From positions 128,001-192,000 of the forward strand of contig CAWAOD010000016.1 in assembly GCA_963783575.1 (NCBI GenBank): a DNA stretch of 64,000 bases, written 5' to 3'. This DNA comes from an uncultured Spirochaetota bacterium (GTDB lineage Bacteria > Spirochaetota > Brevinematia > Brevinematales > JAOACQ01). How positions within the stretch are numbered: position 1 is the first letter of the stretch; the number at the start of each line of letters is the position of its first letter. Shown here piece after piece: positions 56,408 to 64,000 of the stretch. A model generated the notes under the pieces. That model did not search any database. It worked only from the letters and a program-made list of their open reading frames with translations, and was not told the DNA's origin. Position numbers and translations under genes: made by a program.

Positions 56408-59400
56408 ATGAAAAATGAATTTATTTTATTATTGATAAATGAATTGGGCTTCAAACTCAAAGATAATTCGATAGAAACTTACTTCAAAACTTACGCCGCC
56501 CATGATAATTATATTATTGAAGTTGATTTCCAGACAAATACAATAAATTACGGCAAACTCATCAATTTAGGGGATAAAACTACATCCAATTTTAAGGCCG
56601 GGGAAAACTTTGTTGTTCTGGAATGTGTCAACCGCTTATTGGAAAAAGGCTACAAACCTCAAAATATAACACTGGAAAAAATCTATCCAACCGGTCATGG
56701 AACCAGCGGAAAGCTTGATATATTAATAACAAATAATGATAAATCCGCATATATTATGATCGAATGCAAGGCCTGGGGACAGGAATATCATAAAGAACTC
56801 AATAAAATTAGAAAAGATGGCGGACAATTATTTACCTATTTTCAGCAGGATAGATATGCCGAATATCTGGTCTTATATACTTCCTGTTTTGACAAAAATG
56901 AAAAGGCTATTCTATATAAAAACAACATCATAAAAATTGAGTCCCATTATCGGGAAGCGGGTAATGTATTCGATCTATTTGATAGATGGAATAAATTGTT
57001 TAAGGATAATGGAATATTTGAAAACTGGGCTTCCGCTTATCAAATAAAAAGCAAAGCGTTAAAACGGAAAGATTTGCAGCCGATAAAAGAAGAAGACAGC
57101 AGCTTTATATTCGGCCGTTTTCTTGAAATCCTGCGTCATAATGTCGTTTCGGACAAACCGAATGCTTTCAATAAAATATTTACTCTTTTTCTCTGCAAAA
57201 TCGTTGATGAAAATAAAAATGATAATGAAGATCTTGAATTTCAATGGCTGGATTCGGATAACCACATTGATTTTCAAAAAAGGCTGACGGATTTATACAA
57301 GCGGGGCATGAAAGAACTGCTGGAAAAAGAAGTGACCGATATCAGCGATCAGGAAGTGGACAATAAATTTATTGGAATAGATGAAGAGAGCAAAAATAAA
57401 ATTAAGGAAATTATTACAAATATCCGGCTGAAAAAAAACAACGAATTTGCGATAAAAGAAGTTTTCGATGACGATTCATTTATCGACAACGCCAAGGTTG
57501 TAAAAGAGGTTGTCGAGCTTCTCCAGCATTATCAGATACGATATAACGAGAAACAGCAGTATCTCGGCGAATTCTTTGAACTGCTTCTGACAACCGGACT
57601 AAAACAGGAAGCCGGGCAATTTTTCACTCCCGTTCCGATAGCACGGTTCATTATAAACAGCATTCCTTTAAAAGAAATAACTATAAATAAATTGAGACAG
57701 GGAAAAGCAAATGATTTATTGCCGTTTCTGATAGATTATGCCTGTGGAAGCGGTCATTTCTTAACCGAAGCAATGGATATCCTTCAAAAAATCATTCACG
57801 AAGCTGAGATCGAAAATTTAAGCCCTAATACCAGAAAATCAATCCAATCCTGGCGTATGGATCAATTTACCTGGGCATATGATTATATATATGGAGTAGA
57901 AAAGGATTACAGGCTAGTAAAAACCGCTAAAGTGAGCTGTTACCTTCATGGGGACGGACTCGCCAAAGTGATTCATGGTGACGGTATCGGGAATTTTAGC
58001 AGCTACAAAGATTATAAAGAAAAATTAATATTAACGGATAAAGATTTTTCGCAGGATAACAAGCAATTTGATATGGTTGTGTCGAATCCGCCTTATTCAG
58101 TCGCCGCATTTAAAAATACACTTGAGAATGCCGATGAAGCTTTTGAAATCTTTAAAAGACTGACGGATCAGAGTTCCGAAATCGAATGCCTATTCATCGA
58201 GCGGACAAAACAGCTCCTGAAAGACGGCGGTTTAGCTGGAATCATACTGCCATCCAGTATCTTAAGCAATACCGGTATTTATGAGGACGCCCGCGAAATA
58301 ATCCTGAAATATTTTAAAATCATAGCAATCGCAGAATTTGGTTCCAATACCTTTATGGCAACCGGAACGAATACAATCACCTTATTTCTGGAAAGAAGAA
58401 ACAATTATGAATGGCTGAATGTCGAATCTGCCGTTAACGGCTTTATAAAAACCGGTGTGGATGCTGCTGTGAATGGGATCGAAAGGCCGTTCGGAAAATA
58501 TGTTTCGTATATCTATGAAGGACTGAATCTTGAAGATTATCTGGAATTATTAAACAAAAAACCGAACAAAAAAATGAAAACCCATGAGATTTACTCTGAT
58601 TATCAAAAAGCCTTCGGAAAACTCAGGGAGAATGACTTTTTTGAAAAAATCATAGAAATAGAAAAAGAGAAATTATTGCATTTTATATTGGCCTATCCAC
58701 AGAAAATAGTGCTGGTTAAAGCCGTTCCGCCGGATTCGGCCGATAAAAACCGTGATGAAAAGGAATTTCTGGGGTATGAGTTCAGCTTCCGGCGCGGAAG
58801 CGAAGGGCATGAAACAATACCGCGATAAAGACGGCAATTTCGCCACCAAGCTCTACGATGAAAAGGATTTAATGAATCCGGAAAAAGCTAATTATTATAT
58901 TTACAACGCTTATCTGGGCAAAAATGATTTGCCTATCCAGGATATCCTCGCTAAACATATTCAAACTGTTGATTTGACCGACCTGATGAACTTCGGGCGT
59001 GTGGAGTTTATCAAGAACATTTCCACAAGGATGTTTAAAAAAAAAGCAAAAATTGAAAGCCGATGGGAGTTGGTAAAATTGGAGGAAGTTACTGAAATTT
59101 TTAACGGAGGAACACCGGATACAAATAATGGAGATTATTGGGATGGAGGAATATGTTGGGCTACTTTGGCAGATACAAAAGAGAAGTATCTTTATCAAAC
59201 TCAAAGAACAATATCAGAACTTGGCTTAAAGAATAGCAATGCTCAATTACTCCCGATTAATACGGTATTATTCTCAAGCCGGGCTACTATTGGAGATGTA
59301 ACAATCGCTAAAGTTGAAACAAGTACAAATCAAGGATATAAGAATTTTGTATGTAATCCTGCCAGAATTTATTATGAATATTTGTATTATATTTTAAAAC

Positions 59401-60119
59401 ATGTGTCTCCCAACATCAAAAATTTAGCTTCCGGGATGACTTATCCTGAAATTTCTAAAGAATTAATATCAAACTTCAAAATTCCCCTGCCGCCCCTGGA
59501 TGTGCAGGAGAAGATTGTGAAAGAGATGGGGGTACTGGAAGGGAATGAAAGGGAATTAAATACCAAGATTTCTTCCGCCAATAACCATATAAGTCAAATA
59601 ATCAAAAAAGTTAAAGATACGAATCAAGAAATCAGAAGATTTGATAGTGTTGCTTCTTTGGAATATGGATCAGGATTGCCGGAAAGGGAGCGAATTTCCG
59701 GTGAATATCCTGTGATGGGATCAAATGGTATAGTAGGTTATCATAATCAATATTTGATAAAATCACCCTCAATAATTGTCGGAAGAAAAGGCTCGGCCGG
59801 AAAAGTAACTTTGGTAGAAAAAAACACATATCCGATAGATACTGCTTATTATTTAAAATATAATGAAACCATGATCCACTATAAATATTTGTATTATGTA
59901 TTGAAGGATATGGAATTATATAAACTATCCGAAGGCATTGGCGTTCCCGGCTTAAACAGGGACAAAGTTCATTCTCAAAGCATTATTTTGCCTCCTCTCG
60001 AAAAGCAGAAAGAAATCGTCGAGGAAATTGAAAAAATCGAGTCTGAATTAAAGATACTGGAAGCCAGGCTGGAACAATTAAATCTTGAAAAAGAAGCTGT
60101 TATTAAAAAGTATTTATAA
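56408..60119 (+). CDS. Single-polypeptide restriction-modification enzyme (nuclease + m6A MTase + two TRDs; Type IIG-like), split by a frameshift near 58806
   Basis: PD-(D/E)xK-like LDIL..IECK; GQFFTP, DYACGSGHF, VSNPPY; HsdS-like GGTP..IPLPPL..YPVMGSNG..GRKGSAG..LPPLEKQKEI. Removing one G from GAAGGGCATG gives RGSEGMKQY (1236 aa). Confidence 0.88.
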
Positions 60120-60131
60120 AGCATTTTATGG

Positions 60132-60446
60132 ATGGCACGGATGAACGGAAACAAAAAGGATATTGAAATACCCCGGATTGAGGAATTTATTAAGGGATTG
60201 AATGAAAAAGAATTGATTTATTTGAACCGGTTTGTTATCGAACGGTTAAAACTTTTATCGCAGGAAAAGAGCACAACACAGATGATGCGCTTCAATATCG
60301 GCGATTACGTCGCTTTTACCCCGCCGGACGGAAGGCAAAGAAAGGGTTTTATAAACCGCCTGAACAAAAAAACAGTATCAATCCGAACCGAAGACGGGTA
60401 TAACTGGAATGTCCCGCCGGGTTTATTAAAGCGTCTGGATAGCTGA
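60132..60446 (+). CDS. Hypothetical protein with an SH3/KOW-like C-terminal barrel
   Basis: FNIGDYVAF..G..KGFINRLNKKTVSI..WNVPP. Confidence 0.7.
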   Translation: MARMNGNKKDIEIPRIEEFIKGLNEKELIYLNRFVIERLKLLSQEKSTTQMMRFNIGDYVAFTPPDGRQRKGFINRLNKKTVSIRTEDGYNWNVPPGLLKRLDS

Positions 60447-60518
60447 CTTTTGACGATAAAAAAAGATAATAAAAGACATGATTATTTTATTTAATTAGAA
60501 CTTATTAAGGAAATCTTA

Positions 60519-60855
60519 ATGAGCGAAGTTAAAGAATCCGATTGGAAATACCTGAGAAAACTTCCATGATTCGATGCTCGAAAGACTGTGCGCCCGAATT
60601 CTTAATGAGGTTCATAATGAGTCCGATGGATCGCAAATCAAAGGCTCTTTGTATCAGCAATATTTGAAAGTATTCAAGACCATCCAAAACATGGATGAAA
60701 TTGTCGCCGATTGCTTTGATGACTGGCGGCGCAGCCGTTTTATACTTATATTGCTTCAGTTGGTAAGAAATAATGTTATAACCGGCGAGGAATTAAGCGG
60801 CTTTTCGGAAGAAACAAAAAACAGGCTGGCCTCCATCAGAGAAACATTTGGGTGA
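60519..60855 (+). CDS. Hypothetical protein (frameshift near 60565)
   Basis: AAGGA RBS + MSEVKESDWKYLRKL; deleting one C from CTTCCAT continues as HDSMLERLC.. into the 60574-60855 ORF. Confidence 0.65.
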
Positions 60856-60887
60856 ATTTCCAGTTATTGATTAATTATGAGGTATTT

Positions 60888-61430
60888 ATGGAAGCGGAAA
60901 AAAAAGGCAGACAATATGAAATCTCAAAAAAGCTTTTTGAATTCTGTAAAAAATATTTGAATGAAGAATATTTCAGTTATGCTGAAAAACTTCTTCAAAA
61001 CCTTTGCCGGAAGCGTAAGTTTGACATTACGAAGGGCCGCACCGATATCCTCGCGGCGGGTATAATGACTGCTATCGCAAGGCTGAATTTTCTTTTTGAT
61101 AAAAACAGTTCAAACTATATTTCACAGGATGATCTTTGCGCCTTTTTTCAGACGAATAAATCAACAACAGGCAGCAAGGCTCTCCAGATCATGGATTTAT
61201 GCAAACTGCATATCGGCGAAGAAGGTTATTGTTCACAGGAAATTACTGATACTTTCACTTATTATGAAACCCCGGAAGGTTTTATCGTACCAAAAAGTAT
61301 GATAAAAGACGAAGCGGAACAGGCAAGAATCAGGGAAGAAAAAGAGGCTGAAAAAAAACGGCTGCAGGAGGAAAGAAAACAAAAAGCGAAAGAGTTGAAG
61401 GAAAAAGACCAGCTTCGCCTATTTGATTAA
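60888..61430 (+). CDS. DUF6398-like hypothetical protein
   Basis: FCKKYLNEEY..LCRKR..AAGIM.AIARLNFLFDK..DDLCAFF..STTGSKA; GAGG RBS before ATG 60888. Confidence 0.7.
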   Translation: MEAEKKGRQYEISKKLFEFCKKYLNEEYFSYAEKLLQNLCRKRKFDITKGRTDILAAGIMTAIARLNFLFDKNSSNYISQDDLCAFFQTNKSTTGSKALQIMDLCKLHIGEEGYCSQEITDTFTYYETPEGFIVPKSMIKDEAEQARIREEKEAEKKRLQEERKQKAKELKEKDQLRLFD

Positions 61431-61456
61431 ATATTATTGCAGAACTTGATTATCAG

Positions 61457-61497
61457 ATATGGGCACTTCTATAACTGAATTTTAGAAATGCCCATAT
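61457..61497. repeat. 33-bp mini-element with 4-bp direct repeats; probable bidirectional terminator
   Basis: ATAT|GGGCACTTCTATAA..TTTTAGAAATGCCC|ATAT between convergent genes; ends resemble the outer TIRs at 50094-50279. Confidence 0.7.
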
Positions 61498-61507
61498 TGG
61501 TTTCGAT

Positions 61508-63478
61508 TTAAATCTTTTTATCTTTAGCTTCCGCCGTAGTTTTTTCCGTTGATTTACTTAAAAACTGCATCAGAGTCGCCGCGAGTCCGTCTACCGATGA
61601 TGAACCTCCGGAAACAAGAATATTAGGTACAAACGACAATCCCTTTTCGGCAAGGACTGTAATCGCGTTTACAAACCCCGTTTGTTCCTTTCCCAGTGCT
61701 TCGGCTTGTTCCCTGAAAGCCTTCGCGCGCGCCATACCGACTGCTTCCACCTCGGCTCCCTTCGCTTTACCGGTTTCACGAATGTAGGTTGCTTCACCGT
61801 CCGCTTCGGCTTTTCTTGCATCGGCGTTATTAACTTTGATGTCGACGCCAACCTTGCTTCTCGCCAGTTCGCTCTGCATATCGGCCGTGCCTTTTGAGTT
61901 TTCCATCGCCACCCGCTGGTCCTGGGCGTCCGTCTGCCGTTTGAATGTCTCTATTTCCTGGTTCGCGATTTCCCTTTCCGTCAAAACCTGTACAAGGTTC
62001 TGAGGAAGCTCGACATCCTGTATATATACCCCTTTTGTTTCAATTTCGTATTGGATAAGATGTTCCTTGATATGCTGGAAAGCCTCTTCCTGCACCATCT
62101 GACGGGTTTCAATAAATTTTATCGCCGGCATACTCTGGAGCTTATCCCGGAAATGGTTCCCGACAGCAGCCTGAAGGACTTCATTAACAAGGTTCTGCAT
62201 TGTACCGACAATGGAAATAACCTTTGGAGCCCTTGTGTCGGGGACATGTATCTGAACCTGCAGGTCTATCTTAAAAACAAAGCCTTCCCGGCTTTTCGCG
62301 TCTATTGACTTTAAATTGGCATCAAGCCTGTGAGCGGTTGATGTCGCTTCCGCCCAGTTGAGCGTTAAAATGAAAGTCGGAACAATCTCCGCTTCATAAC
62401 ACCTGGGGTTGATCGGATATTTACCCGTGCGGAGGGGTTCCTGCCATATTCCCCTGTGGCCGGGACGGACAAGCGCCCCGAATTTGAATTCCTCTCCCGA
62501 GATATCCTCGGTCGGCAGTCCCACATAAGACTTGATAACCGCAACCTGTCCCTGTTCGACAACAAGCATCGGCACAATCTCCACGCTGACAAGGAAGGGA
62601 TTAAGGTTATACGCTCCGTACATAAGCGGGTCATGCTGGAGGCCGATCTTTCCGCCATGGTCGATAAAAGCCTGAAAATCCTGATAATTATTGTGGAGGT
62701 TGTTTTTGTTGCCGAATATCGTTTCTATTAGCCTTGAATCGCTTTCCTTCTTTTTCTCCATTTCCTCAACATCCGCGTAAGCTCCAAGGCGGCTGGCAAT
62801 GTCTCCGGAAGGGAGGGGATCTCCCTCGTATGTGGTCACAATCCCGATCTGATCGGTGGTTTTGCCGGCGCTTATGGGTTTCGGTTCGACCCTTATAACC
62901 TCAAGCTGGCCGGGCTTTAAACCGTAAGCCTCACAGGTCAGGCCTTCGCTGCTTTTTGCCTGCTCCTCAAGATCCGGCGAAATGGGAAGCCCGAAAACCT
63001 GGTCTTTTGTAATGACCAGAAAAGCGACAGGATGAACCGGGAGGATTGATCCGGGCGGCAGTGTAGGCCTCTGTACTCCTTTCTGGCCGCCCATCTCTAT
63101 AAATGTATGAAGATCGGTGAAATTCCCGAATTCTTTTTTATAAAAAGCCGATTTCGCCCCGACTGGAAGCGGCTGGCCCGCCTGCGCTATAACAACACCT
63201 ATCTGACCCGCGGGTATCTGCACCCAGGCAAACTTCTCAACGCTGTAAATTATCCAGAACTTCAGCCTGAAACCCGGCATCAATAGCTGGGCCTGGTAAC
63301 CCGCCTCTCCTTTAAAAGCTATGGGGTTTCCCTCCGAAAGCTTTTTAAAGGAAAAGCGCTTTATGACCAGCCCGACTTGAGTCGGCCCGATGATCCGTAC
63401 GGATGGGAAGAATAGAATAATAAACAGCCCGATCGCCATGATAATAAGGCTTGTCGTTATTGAACCCGTAAATATCAT
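61508..63478 (-). CDS. SPFH/flotillin-family membrane protein
   Basis: N-terminal TM; repeated G.Q...L.PG motifs; SREGFVF..DLQV, IQDVELP; EA-rich coiled-coil tail. Confidence 0.88.
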   Translation of the reverse strand: MIFTGSITTSLIIMAIGLFIILFFPSVRIIGPTQVGLVIKRFSFKKLSEGNPIAFKGEAGYQAQLLMPGFRLKFWIIYSVEKFAWVQIPAGQIGVVIAQAGQPLPVGAKSAFYKKEFGNFTDLHTFIEMGGQKGVQRPTLPPGSILPVHPVAFLVITKDQVFGLPISPDLEEQAKSSEGLTCEAYGLKPGQLEVIRVEPKPISAGKTTDQIGIVTTYEGDPLPSGDIASRLGAYADVEEMEKKKESDSRLIETIFGNKNNLHNNYQDFQAFIDHGGKIGLQHDPLMYGAYNLNPFLVSVEIVPMLVVEQGQVAVIKSYVGLPTEDISGEEFKFGALVRPGHRGIWQEPLRTGKYPINPRCYEAEIVPTFILTLNWAEATSTAHRLDANLKSIDAKSREGFVFKIDLQVQIHVPDTRAPKVISIVGTMQNLVNEVLQAAVGNHFRDKLQSMPAIKFIETRQMVQEEAFQHIKEHLIQYEIETKGVYIQDVELPQNLVQVLTEREIANQEIETFKRQTDAQDQRVAMENSKGTADMQSELARSKVGVDIKVNNADARKAEADGEATYIRETGKAKGAEVEAVGMARAKAFREQAEALGKEQTGFVNAITVLAEKGLSFVPNILVSGGSSSVDGLAATLMQFLSKSTEKTTAEAKDKKI

Positions 63479-63573
63479 TTGATACCCCCGATTTATTTAT
63501 TATAAATCTTTAAATGGATATATAAGTATATTTCATTTATAGATTTTGTAAAGTAAAATGATATATTTCTTTG

Positions 63574-63954
63574 CTATAAATGCGCAATGGCTTCGTCTTC
63601 AATTTTCACATCCCTGGGCAGCCGGGATACTTCAACCGTCGAACGCGCCGGGGGATTTTCAGAAAAATACTTTTTATAGACATCGTTAATAATGGGAAAA
63701 TCATTCATATCTTTAATATAAAGCGTTGTTTTAACAATATTTGAAAAGTCCAATCCTGCCTCATTTAAAATTGAGCCTAAATTTTCAAGGACGGTCATGG
63801 TTTGTTCTTTTACATCATCTGTTTCGATTTTATTATTTTTATAATTAATGGGTATTTGCCCCGAAATAAAAAGGAATCCCCCCGCTTTTACACCCTGTGA
63901 ATATGGGCCGATAGGCTGCGGCGCGTTTACCGAATTTACGATTTCTTTTATCAT
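63574..63954 (-). CDS. RidA family (YjgF/YER057c/UK114) enamine/imine deaminase
   Basis: APQPIGPYSQG, FISGQIP, IVKTTLY, PPARSTVEVSRLP; ATG 63954 after CAGGAG. Confidence 0.93.
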   Translation of the reverse strand: MIKEIVNSVNAPQPIGPYSQGVKAGGFLFISGQIPINYKNNKIETDDVKEQTMTVLENLGSILNEAGLDFSNIVKTTLYIKDMNDFPIINDVYKKYFSENPPARSTVEVSRLPRDVKIEDEAIAHL

Positions 63955-64000
63955 ATGAAACTCCTGGTAATAAAGATCCTCGAGGCAGAGCCTCAAGGTA

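Overview
Low-GC bacterial chromosomal window. Lipoproteins plus a TonB-dependent receptor indicate a diderm; gene content tentatively suggests a free-living spirochaete-like lineage (inference only). Housekeeping and accessory genes (nhaA, purD, pcrA/uvrD, trxA, rlmD, two-domain thyX, SPFH, RidA) surround a ~27.5 kb minus-strand locus: a YARHG lipoprotein, then what is very probably ONE giant secreted protein of ~8,357 aa (48137->23062, split into three ORFs by two single-base frameshifts), then a LolA-like gene. The giant protein carries a signal peptide, an N-terminal NlpC/P60-type hydrolase, a degenerate alpha/beta-hydrolase with hydrophobic hairpins, a ZU5-like domain ending in an HFS autoproteolysis-type motif, dozens of Ig/FlgD-Ig repeats, LamG domains and a recent 738-bp tandem duplication. 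AT-rich patches suggest swapped modules. Also present: a yybP-ykoY (Mn2+) riboswitch before a TMEM165/GDT1 gene, a fused R-M-S (Type IIG-like) enzyme, a steroid 5-alpha-reductase/3-beta-HSD-like pair, an IS1380 remnant, and nested REP/MITE elements with target-site duplications. At least seven single-base frameshifts, several in conserved genes, point to indel-prone assembly rather than true pseudogenes.
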